The translations under genes and the position numbers were made by a program. A DNA stretch of 64,000 nucleotides, taken from an uncultured Bacilli bacterium. GTDB lineage: Bacteria; Bacillota_I; Bacilli_A; RF39; UBA660. The stretch lies in contig CANQAK010000001.1 in NCBI GenBank assembly GCA_947589495.1, positions 13,017 through 77,016 of the forward strand, written 5' to 3'. The first letter of the stretch is position 1; each line of letters begins with the position of its first letter. Positions 40,285 to 48,333 of the stretch are shown in pieces. Under the pieces are notes generated by a model. It had not been told where the DNA came from. It searched no databases and saw nothing but the letters and a program-made list of their open reading frames with translations.

Positions 40285-40453
40285 ATTTATCACTCCCTAA
40301 TTTAATTTATGCAAGTGATTAGAAAAAGAACACAAATTTATCTAACTCTAAAAAATTCTATTACGCATTTTTCAATTTTTTTCATTTTTGCGTAATAGAA
40401 AAAAGTAACTACTTTATTTTATAATTAATATTTTATATAATAATTTCGGTGGT

Positions 40454-41140
40454 TTGATGGACATTTTAAGTATTTTAATACCTTATCAAGACTTAAATTA
40501 TAAAAAATTTCATGAAAAAATATGTTCTACTAAATATGAAATAGTAGGTATTAAAATACCTACCCTAAGAAAGTTATCTAAATATTTACTAAAAACATAT
40601 GAAGTTGAAGAAATCTTTAACTCTTTAAATAATAATTATTATGAATGTGTTATGTTACAAGGTTTAATTATTGCGAATTTAAAAGTTGATTATAAAACTA
40701 AGGTAGAAATGATTAATTCATTTCTACCTAAAATAGATAATTGGGCTATTTGTGATATTTTTTGTGGTGAACTTAAATTTATTAAAAATAATCAAAAAGA
40801 ATTTTTAAAATATATTAATAATTGTTTAAAAAAGAAACAAGAATATATTATTCGATTTGGTATAGTTTGTTTAATAAATTATTATATAAATGATAATTAT
40901 ATAGATTATATTTTAGAAAAAATGTTAAGTATTCAAAGTGATTATTACTACGTTAAAATAGCTGTTAGTTGGACTTTATCAGTTTGTGCTACTAAATACT
41001 TTGAAAAAACTTATGAATATTTAAAAGTAAATAAAAATGTTATAGAACCTTGGATATTTAATAAAACAATTCAAAAATGTATAGAATCTTATAGATTAAA
41101 TAAAGATCAAAAAGAATTATTAAAAAAATTAAAAAACTAG
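40454..41140 (+). CDS. Putative DNA alkylation repair enzyme family protein (HEAT-like repeat)
   Basis: 228 aa, all-helical, with a 'KIDNWAICDIFCGELK'-type motif typical of the AlkC/AlkD-like family. Weak call. Confidence 0.4.
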   Translation: MMDILSILIPYQDLNYKKFHEKICSTKYEIVGIKIPTLRKLSKYLLKTYEVEEIFNSLNNNYYECVMLQGLIIANLKVDYKTKVEMINSFLPKIDNWAICDIFCGELKFIKNNQKEFLKYINNCLKKKQEYIIRFGIVCLINYYINDNYIDYILEKMLSIQSDYYYVKIAVSWTLSVCATKYFEKTYEYLKVNKNVIEPWIFNKTIQKCIESYRLNKDQKELLKKLKN

Positions 41141-41155
41141 ATTACTCTAGTTACT

Positions 41156-41270
41156 TTTTCCATTTCCTGATTATATAGCCGGAATCGCCGCTTTGTCCAC
41201 TTCCTGTTTAACATGGCCGGAATCGCCGCTTTTTCCATTTCCTGTTTACATGGCCGGAATCGCCGCTTTT
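41156..41270. repeat. Three tandem copies of a ~38-bp direct repeat with a GC-rich core (CATGGCCGGAATCGCCGCTTT)
   Basis: 'ttttccatttcctgattatatagccggaatcgccgcttt / gtccacttcctgtttaacatggccggaatcgccgcttt / ttccatttcctgtttacatggccggaatcgccgcttt' in an otherwise AT-rich intergenic region. Confidence 0.85.
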
Positions 41271-41368
41271 TCGAACACATAATTACTTATGTAAAATAAG
41301 TATACAGTTTAATAATAAATTTGTCAAATTATTTCTAAATTTTGGTATAATGAAATTGGTGAAAGAAA

Positions 41369-41734
41369 ATGGAATGTTTATTTTGTAAAATTATTAATGG
41401 TGAAATGCCAAGTTATAAATTATATGAAGATGATTTAGTAATGGTTATTATGGATGCTTATCCTAATGTTGATGGACATACTTTAATTATTCCTAAAAAA
41501 CATTATGATACATTAATGGATATCCCTGATGATTTAGTTACTCATATTAATAAAATAGCTAAAAAGTTTATTAAACAAAATATGGAAAAATTAAATGCTA
41601 AAGAATTAAGTGTTGTTGTTAATTATGGAAATAGTCAAAAAATTAAACATTATCATATGCATTTACTTCCTAATTATGGAACAAGAGCAGTTGAAGATGT
41701 TAAAAATGTTTATGAGGTCTTAAAAAATGACTAA
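41369..41734 (+). CDS. HIT-family (histidine triad) nucleotide hydrolase
   Basis: 'HYHMHLLP' histidine triad and 'GHTLIIPKKHY'. Confidence 0.85.
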   Translation: MECLFCKIINGEMPSYKLYEDDLVMVIMDAYPNVDGHTLIIPKKHYDTLMDIPDDLVTHINKIAKKFIKQNMEKLNAKELSVVVNYGNSQKIKHYHMHLLPNYGTRAVEDVKNVYEVLKND

Positions 41735-42956
41735 GCTTCGTAAAAAAGCTAAAAGAAAAATATTACTTATATTAGTTTTAATTATCATACTATTAGGGTT
41801 TTTTGGTTTTAAATATATCTTTAATAATGATGATGATAAAGGAATTAAAAATCCAATTAAAAATATTTTAACACCAGAAGATCCAATTAAAACATACACT
41901 GCTAAACTAATTGCTACTGGAGATGGATTAATACACTCTCCCCTTTATAATGCAGCTTATAATAGTAGTACTAATACATATGATTTTAGTAGTATGCTTA
42001 CTTACACGAAGGAAAAACTTAAAGGTTATGATATTAAATATTATAATCAAGAAACAATATTTGATGATACAATAAGTTATAGTAGTTACCCTACTTTCAA
42101 TACTCCAAGTAGTTTTGGAAAAAATATGATTGATGCTGGTTTTAACTTAGTAAGTTTAGCTACTAACCATTCTTTAGATAAAGGAAAAGATAGTGCTATA
42201 AGAAGTGCTAAATGGTGGGAAAGTCAAAATAATATTTTAGCTACTGGTATGTCTTCTTCTATAGAAGAGAGAAATAACTTTAAAATAATGAATGCTAATG
42301 GAATTACTTATACAATGCTTTCTTATACATATGGAACAAATGGCTTAGGAACTAGTACAATTAGTAGTGATCCATATGTAGTAAATATTTTTAATGAAGA
42401 AGTAGTTAAAAAAGATATTGAAGCTGTTAGAGATAAAGTAGATGTTTTAATTGTAGCAATGCATTGGGGAAATGAATATGAACAAGGAGCAACGGAAACT
42501 CAAAAAAAACAAGCTCAGTTTTTAGCAGATAATGGAGTTGATATTATATTGGGTACGCATTCTCACTGTATTGAACCTTGGGAATGGATTGATGATACAG
42601 TGGTATTCTACTCCTTTGGTAATTTTATTTCTAATCAAATGGGAGCTGAACAAGCAATGGTTAGAAAAGTTGGAACCGTTGGTATGTTTGCTACATTAGA
42701 TATTACTAAAACAGTTGATACAGAAAAAAATACAACAACAATTAAAATTGATAATATTGGGGCTGACTTAAATTACAGCTATAGATATTACAATAAAGAT
42801 AAAGGTAAAAATGATTATTTAGTTATTCCTTTTAGTAAAATGGAATCAAAATATTTAGATAATTATGAAAGTGTTTATAATGAATTTAGTCAAGTATTAA
42901 CTAAATTTGATGATAGTATTAAAATTGAGGCACTTCCAAGTATTCCTGCAAATTAA
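41727..42956 (+). CDS. CapA/PgsA-family (PGA_cap) metallophosphatase-like protein, membrane-anchored
   Basis: N-terminal TM, 'KLIATGDGLIHSPLY', 'GFNLVSLATNHSLDKGKD', 'VLIVAMHWGNEY' and 'ILGTHSH' motifs. Confidence 0.75.
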   Translation: MTKLRKKAKRKILLILVLIIILLGFFGFKYIFNNDDDKGIKNPIKNILTPEDPIKTYTAKLIATGDGLIHSPLYNAAYNSSTNTYDFSSMLTYTKEKLKGYDIKYYNQETIFDDTISYSSYPTFNTPSSFGKNMIDAGFNLVSLATNHSLDKGKDSAIRSAKWWESQNNILATGMSSSIEERNNFKIMNANGITYTMLSYTYGTNGLGTSTISSDPYVVNIFNEEVVKKDIEAVRDKVDVLIVAMHWGNEYEQGATETQKKQAQFLADNGVDIILGTHSHCIEPWEWIDDTVVFYSFGNFISNQMGAEQAMVRKVGTVGMFATLDITKTVDTEKNTTTIKIDNIGADLNYSYRYYNKDKGKNDYLVIPFSKMESKYLDNYESVYNEFSQVLTKFDDSIKIEALPSIPAN

Positions 42957-42989
42957 AAATTCAAGAAAATATCTTGAATTTTTAATTTG

Positions 42990-43943
42990 CTAGTTAATTA
43001 TAACATCAACTTTTCTCGGTAATTCTCTATCTAATTTTTGTACTTTTAATAAACCATTTAAAATATCTCTAGTACTATCTGGTAAATTATCATCTTCTAA
43101 ATATTTTTTAATTAAATTATTAGAATCTTCTTCTCTAAATAAACAACATACTCTAATAAGTATTTGACTAATTATAATATTTACTTCTTCACTTTCTTCA
43201 TTAATTTTACTTAAATAATCTAATTCTGATTCTAATATACTATCAACATAAATTTTTTGATATAAAGAAACATATATATCATTAACATTATTACAAGTAG
43301 CTTCTAATGTACTTCCCCAATATAAATCATTATCATAAAGAAAATCATAAGTTAATAAATCAAATTCAATTGGATCATAAAGATATGCTAAATAATATTT
43401 TATTTGAATTAAAGAACAACTTAATAAATAATCATCAGTATTATTAATTTCCATAGATAACATTTTAATAAAAGTATTAATAAAATCTTTTTTAACTGCT
43501 ACATTTACAGAAATAATACCCATTGGGTTTTCAACTCCCTTTTCTTCAAATAATTTATTTAATCCAGATATTTTAGATATTTTAACTTCATTTTCTTTAT
43601 CAAATAATCTTAAAATAATTCTTTTTTTAATTAAACTTATTTGACTAGGATTTTTTAATAAATTCATTTCTTCCACTAAATTATTAGCAACTTTTCCATC
43701 TGTAACAAAATCAAGTATTTTAAATATATCTTTTCCAGTGGGAGTTAATAACTTATATATATCAACTTCTTCTATATTTTGCTGAGTTAACTTTATTAAT
43801 AAATCTAAATATTCATCACTTTCAATTTTATTTTCCATTTCTAATTTCATTAACTCTTCTAAAGTATTTAAAATTTCATAATTATTCTCTATTAACAAAC
43901 CTAATAAATTATATTCTTTTTCTGTTAAATGTTCTTTTTCCAT
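42990..43943 (-). CDS. Hypothetical cytoplasmic protein
   Basis: 317-aa ORF with no recognisable motif. Confidence 0.5.
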   Translation of the reverse strand: MEKEHLTEKEYNLLGLLIENNYEILNTLEELMKLEMENKIESDEYLDLLIKLTQQNIEEVDIYKLLTPTGKDIFKILDFVTDGKVANNLVEEMNLLKNPSQISLIKKRIILRLFDKENEVKISKISGLNKLFEEKGVENPMGIISVNVAVKKDFINTFIKMLSMEINNTDDYLLSCSLIQIKYYLAYLYDPIEFDLLTYDFLYDNDLYWGSTLEATCNNVNDIYVSLYQKIYVDSILESELDYLSKINEESEEVNIIISQILIRVCCLFREEDSNNLIKKYLEDDNLPDSTRDILNGLLKVQKLDRELPRKVDVIIN

Positions 43944-44004
43944 AATATTAGCTCCTTACAAAATAAAACTTTTTTTAGTTTACTATAATACTCAAATTTT
44001 TTCA

Positions 44005-44031
44005 ACAAAAAAGAAGCATTTTAGCTTCTTG
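44005..44031 (-). terminator. Intrinsic terminator after the YjcZ-like gene pair
   Basis: Minus strand AGAAGCTAAAATGCTTCT followed by TTTTTTG. Confidence 0.65.
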
Positions 44032-44033
44032 CA

Positions 44034-44171
44034 TTAATAAAACAAACTACCACCAATAATTATTGCTAATAATATATATAATATTAATACTACGAAAAAG
44101 TAGTTGTAGTTGTTATTATTGTTATTATTATTTTGGCATTCATTAGTTACATTACATTTTGAACAAGCCAT
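44034..44171 (-). CDS. Tiny TM protein, YjcZ-like (tiny_TM_bacill family), 45 aa
   Basis: Minus-strand ORF 'MACSKCNVTNECQNNNNNNNNYNYFFVVLILYILLAIIIGGSLFY' with an AAGGAGG RBS. Not in the ORF track because it is under the size cutoff. Confidence 0.6.
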   Translation of the reverse strand: MACSKCNVTNECQNNNNNNNNYNYFFVVLILYILLAIIIGGSLFY

Positions 44172-44193
44172 AAATATACCTCCTTAACTTAAA

Positions 44194-44280
44194 TTAAATA
44201 AACGCTCCTACAATAATTATAAGTAATATAAATAATACTAAAATTATAGCAGCGCCTAATCCATTATTTCCACAGTTCAT
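44194..44280 (-). CDS. Tiny TM protein, YjcZ-like (tiny_TM_bacill family), 28 aa
   Basis: Minus-strand ORF 'MNCGNNGLGAAIILVLFILLIIIVGAFI' with an AAAGGAGG RBS. Resembles the 'FALIVVLFILLIIVGA' core of Bacillus YjcZ-type sporulation peptides. CATAGATTA (CATA---TA) lies upstream. Confidence 0.65.
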   Translation of the reverse strand: MNCGNNGLGAAIILVLFILLIIIVGAFI

Positions 44281-44411
44281 AGTTCACTCCTCCTTTATGT
44301 CTATTCATTTATAATCTATGGTTAATTTTTTTAAGTGTGAGTGCTTAATTTATTAATAATACTTTATTTTATTAACCCCTTTTGTTATAATAATATTATT
44401 GGGAGGAAAAT

Positions 44412-45446
44412 ATGAAAAAAGGAATGATATTAAGTTTAGTCTGCCTTCTTTGTGTTTGTGGTTGTGGAAAAATACCAAAACTAGAAAATGGCGAAGAAGC
44501 AGTTGTTACTTTTGCTAAAGATGATAAAGAACATATGATCAGTGTTAATGAATTATATGAAGAATTAAAAAATAATTTTGGGCTAGAAGCCACTATTAAA
44601 TTAATTGATACATATGTATTAGAAACAGAATTTTCTGATTATGTAGATACTGCTAAAGCAAATGCAAAAAATTATATTGATTCATATATTGAATCTTATG
44701 GAAGTGAAGAAGATTTTTTAGAAGCTTTACAATATAGTACTAATTACTCTACTATTGAAGCTTATCAAGAATATTTATATACTAATTTAATGCAATCTCA
44801 TGCTTTAGAAGAATATTCTAAAACTTTAGTAACAGATAAAGAAATTGAAAAATATTATAATGATGAAGCTAAAGGAGATGTTGAAGTTTATCAAATCTTA
44901 ATCACACCAGATGTTAAAGATGATATGAGTGATGAAGAGAAAAAGACTGCTGAAGAAAATGCTAAAAATACTGCTAAAGAAGTAATTGAAAAATTAGATA
45001 AAGCAGAAAATAAATTAGATGAATTTAAAAAATTAGTTAAAGAATATTCTAAAGATGATGCATCTAAAGAAAAAGATGGTAATTTAGGATTTATAAATTA
45101 TAATGATTTAGATGAAAATTATGATGAATTATTAGATACTGTTTATAAATTAAAAGATGGTGAATATTCTAAAGATGTTATTACTACTGAATTAGGTTAT
45201 CATGTAGTATATCGTAACGCTTCTAAAGAAAAAGAAGCTTTAGAAGATTTAAAAGATGAAATTAAAGATACTTTAGCAAAAAGAAAAATAGAAGAAGTTA
45301 AAACTATTTCAATTGATTCAGAAAAATATTATCGTGATATGTATGATATGAAAATTATTGATGATACACTTAATAGACAATATGGTATTTATTTAAATAG
45401 TCAAATAAATCAAGCTAATGCTTCTACTGAAGAAACAACAGATTAA
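44412..45446 (+). CDS. PrsA-like foldase lipoprotein (parvulin-type PPIase)
   Basis: Lipoprotein signal 'MKKGMILSLVCLLCVCGCG', parvulin-like 'EVYQILIT...' and 'ELGYHVVYRN'. Confidence 0.65.
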   Translation: MKKGMILSLVCLLCVCGCGKIPKLENGEEAVVTFAKDDKEHMISVNELYEELKNNFGLEATIKLIDTYVLETEFSDYVDTAKANAKNYIDSYIESYGSEEDFLEALQYSTNYSTIEAYQEYLYTNLMQSHALEEYSKTLVTDKEIEKYYNDEAKGDVEVYQILITPDVKDDMSDEEKKTAEENAKNTAKEVIEKLDKAENKLDEFKKLVKEYSKDDASKEKDGNLGFINYNDLDENYDELLDTVYKLKDGEYSKDVITTELGYHVVYRNASKEKEALEDLKDEIKDTLAKRKIEEVKTISIDSEKYYRDMYDMKIIDDTLNRQYGIYLNSQINQANASTEETTD

Positions 45447-45601
45447 ACAATATTTAATTAAACTAAGATATAATTTCTTAGTTTTTTTATTATTTAAAAA
45501 GAAGATATAAATTAATATATCTTCTGGGTTAAGTTAAGTCTATTTTAACGTCTTCGTTGACGAGTGTTTTTTTATTTGTTTTTGTTTATTTTATAATATT
45601 G

Positions 45602-48109
45602 TTAACTTTCTATATAGAATGGATCATCATATGTTCCTGAACCTTTTAATACTATATCATTCTTTAAATAGAAGACTGGACGAATCGAAAGCTCCACGTT
45701 GAAGTAGTGGCGATTGACATAACCACCAGGATCCACACGCCACGCCTCGAAGCTAGATGACGAGTCAGACTGTCGGCCAGCTCGCGACATGGTCCATTCA
45801 TAATCTGATGATGATCCTCCATTTTTTGATATGTGCATCCAGCCTCCTGTTTTACATGCTTCATATTTGCTTCCATTATAATGACAGTTATCTGATGTTG
45901 ATTGGTAATAATAATCATGTAAATATATTAATCCTATATTAGCTCCAATTTTTCCTGTCCATCTTTTTCCGGTTACTAAATCTTTACTTGATGATGTTTT
46001 ACCATAATATTGTGTATCTGCTTGACCAATTTCTATTTTATATATTTCTTCTGCTGTTTTATTTGCATAATTCCATTCTATATCTCCATACCACCAGTTC
46101 CATTCTTGTATTTTATTTTTTATATTTTCATTTAGTGAACTATAAAACGTTCCATTTAGCGTGTTATATATTTCACTTTTTGGCCATTCAGGGCATCCAC
46201 TTTCATCACATTTATATATGGGAATTGAAGTAGTTTCATCATTTTTTGTATTCCATACATATTTACTTATTCCCTTATTCGTAAATTGTGTTTGTTTTAT
46301 TACCTTTATATTTCCACTCTCTGTGATTCCTATAATCCTGTACATGTTGTCATCATAACCATTAGTTTTTGCATTACTACAACCTGCTTCTTCTACTTTT
46401 TCTAAACATATATAATTGTTTACTTTTTTTCCTTTTAATGTATCTGCTCCTTGATATCTATACATTCCACCAACTAAAGTTTTACTTAATGCAGTACTAT
46501 TATTTGCTTCCTCATTTTTTCTTAAATAATTTTCTTGCTCTGTTGGTATTACTTCGGATAATGTATATGGATCATCTAATGTTCCACTTCCATATAATGT
46601 TATGTTACTCTTTAAATAGAAAACTGGGCGGACTGCATACGAAACGAGCAAGTCGGTTGAGGCGATATTTCCGGTTTCACTCACAGACAGAGCGCTGAAG
46701 TAAGGGCTTGAGTTCGCTTGGCGACCAATACGCGACATGGTCCATTCGCGTGCTTCATTTCCAGACTCTGCTCCTCCGTTATTTCGCATATTCATCCAGC
46801 CTTGGTTTATACAATTTGCATAATCACTATTTTTTTTAGGATGACAACTAGCTTGGTTTGCTTGGTAATAATAATCATGTAAATAGATTAATCCTATATT
46901 AGCTTTATTTTCCATTTGAGTCCATCTTTGATTTGTTACTTCTGCTTTATTACTTGAACTATGTCCATAGTATTTTGTATCCATTTGACCTGTCTCTATT
47001 TGGTATACTTGATCTGCAACTAATTCTTCTACAAAACTATAGTGCATATCACCATACCACCATTTTTGCGGTTCTATTTTATTTTGTATATCTGCATTTA
47101 ATGTACTTAGAAATGAACTTTCTCCTTCATTTAATATTTTATAAACATCACTTTCTGGCCATTCGGGACAACCATCATCACCACATGTTGAATCTTGATA
47201 ATCTGTGTTCCATGCATATGTGCTTGTACCATTATTTATAAATTTTGTTTGTTTTATTAATTTTATACTTCCTTCGGGAGTAATTCCTATAATCCTGTAC
47301 ATATCATCTGATCCTGAAGAACATTTTCCTTCGAAACAGAAATAATTATTTACTTCATCATTTGTTCCTTGATATCTATACATTCCTCCGACTAAGTCAT
47401 CACTTAATGTGTTATTTGTATCATCATCTTGTAATTTTTTTACTAATTTTGCTCCTTTATCTTCTCCACATTTTAAATTTCCCGCACTTATTGTTATATT
47501 TAATTCTTTATTAGCTAAATGATCTTGTTCTGCATCTTTTTTATTAACTAAATATGCATATGCATCTATTTTTGATGAACTATTTCCTGTTACTTTAAAT
47601 GTTATTCCACTATATGTCTTTGTTCCTTCATCCTTAATGGTATATAAATCTAATGTTTCTTCTGGAAAATCATTACTTCCGTCTCCCTTTAAATGTAAAT
47701 ATAAATCTCCTTGTTGTAATGCTGCTCCCATTGAACCTTCTTCATTAGTCATTGTTACTGTTATATCTGCTGTACATTCATATTTATCTTCATTCGTTGC
47801 ATCAGTTATTTCAAATTTAGTTATGGTATGTGTTCCTTCTTCTTCAGTTAACACATAATTCTTTTCATCATCTGCATAATAATTCCTTGCATTATTTGGT
47901 GCCATATCTTCTTCATCTACTATTATTTTTAAATTTGGTGTTGGTACTGAAAGAGTTACTAATCCTGATTCTTCTGTTTGTAGTGTTATTACACTACTAG
48001 TTGAATTATTTATTACTCCCATATTAAAGTAAGCATATGTAGCTCCAATTACCAAGACTATCATTATTGCTACTCCAATTATTAATTTTACTTTTGTTTT
48101 CTTATCCAT
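45602..48109 (-). CDS. N-terminally anchored surface protein made of two ~330-aa tandem modules, each ending in a DUF1566/C-type-lectin-like domain ('...EWTMSR.GRQ...(V/I)RPVFYLK')
   Basis: Repeated blocks 'LVGGMYRYQG...NNY(F/I)C...MYRIIGIT..G.IK.IKQT.F', 'DGCPEWP.S..Y' and 'ANIGLIYLHDYYYQ'. N-terminal TM 'VKLIIGVAIMIVLVIGATYAYF'. Confidence 0.7.
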   Translation of the reverse strand: MDKKTKVKLIIGVAIMIVLVIGATYAYFNMGVINNSTSSVITLQTEESGLVTLSVPTPNLKIIVDEEDMAPNNARNYYADDEKNYVLTEEEGTHTITKFEITDATNEDKYECTADITVTMTNEEGSMGAALQQGDLYLHLKGDGSNDFPEETLDLYTIKDEGTKTYSGITFKVTGNSSSKIDAYAYLVNKKDAEQDHLANKELNITISAGNLKCGEDKGAKLVKKLQDDDTNNTLSDDLVGGMYRYQGTNDEVNNYFCFEGKCSSGSDDMYRIIGITPEGSIKLIKQTKFINNGTSTYAWNTDYQDSTCGDDGCPEWPESDVYKILNEGESSFLSTLNADIQNKIEPQKWWYGDMHYSFVEELVADQVYQIETGQMDTKYYGHSSSNKAEVTNQRWTQMENKANIGLIYLHDYYYQANQASCHPKKNSDYANCINQGWMNMRNNGGAESGNEAREWTMSRIGRQANSSPYFSALSVSETGNIASTDLLVSYAVRPVFYLKSNITLYGSGTLDDPYTLSEVIPTEQENYLRKNEEANNSTALSKTLVGGMYRYQGADTLKGKKVNNYICLEKVEEAGCSNAKTNGYDDNMYRIIGITESGNIKVIKQTQFTNKGISKYVWNTKNDETTSIPIYKCDESGCPEWPKSEIYNTLNGTFYSSLNENIKNKIQEWNWWYGDIEWNYANKTAEEIYKIEIGQADTQYYGKTSSSKDLVTGKRWTGKIGANIGLIYLHDYYYQSTSDNCHYNGSKYEACKTGGWMHISKNGGSSSDYEWTMSRAGRQSDSSSSFEAWRVDPGGYVNRHYFNVELSIRPVFYLKNDIVLKGSGTYDDPFYIES

Positions 48110-48333
48110 ATTACAACTTCCTTTTTTAAATTTGTTTTATATACCGATAGGGTTATATAAAATAATAAATTAGTATTATTATTATGGTTTTTATAAACAC
48201 ATATTATTCTTTTACTATTTATCTGTTGTAATAAATATATCATATTTATCGTATTTGTGTATATACTTTTTTATATTTATTTGACATTTTTAAACACTAA
48301 AAAAGAAAACTATTTCAAGTTTTCTTTTTAGTG

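Noticed and set aside
41156-41270. CRISPR array
   Set aside because: The three repeats are directly abutting with no unique spacers, and there are no cas genes nearby. It is a tandem repeat, not a CRISPR.
45660-46800. Diversity-generating retroelement (DGR) variable regions at the C-terminal C-type-lectin-like ends of the 835-aa protein
   Set aside because: The two GC-rich islands differ from each other at far more positions than adenine-directed mutagenesis from a single template could explain. No template repeat or reverse transcriptase is present in the window. Kept only as a compositional anomaly.
45664-47858. Multiple + and - strand ORFs (61-109 aa) inside the 835-aa surface-protein gene
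   Set aside because: They are low-complexity antisense or overlapping frames, rich in L/F/Y/H. They have no RBS and sit entirely within a well-supported longer CDS.
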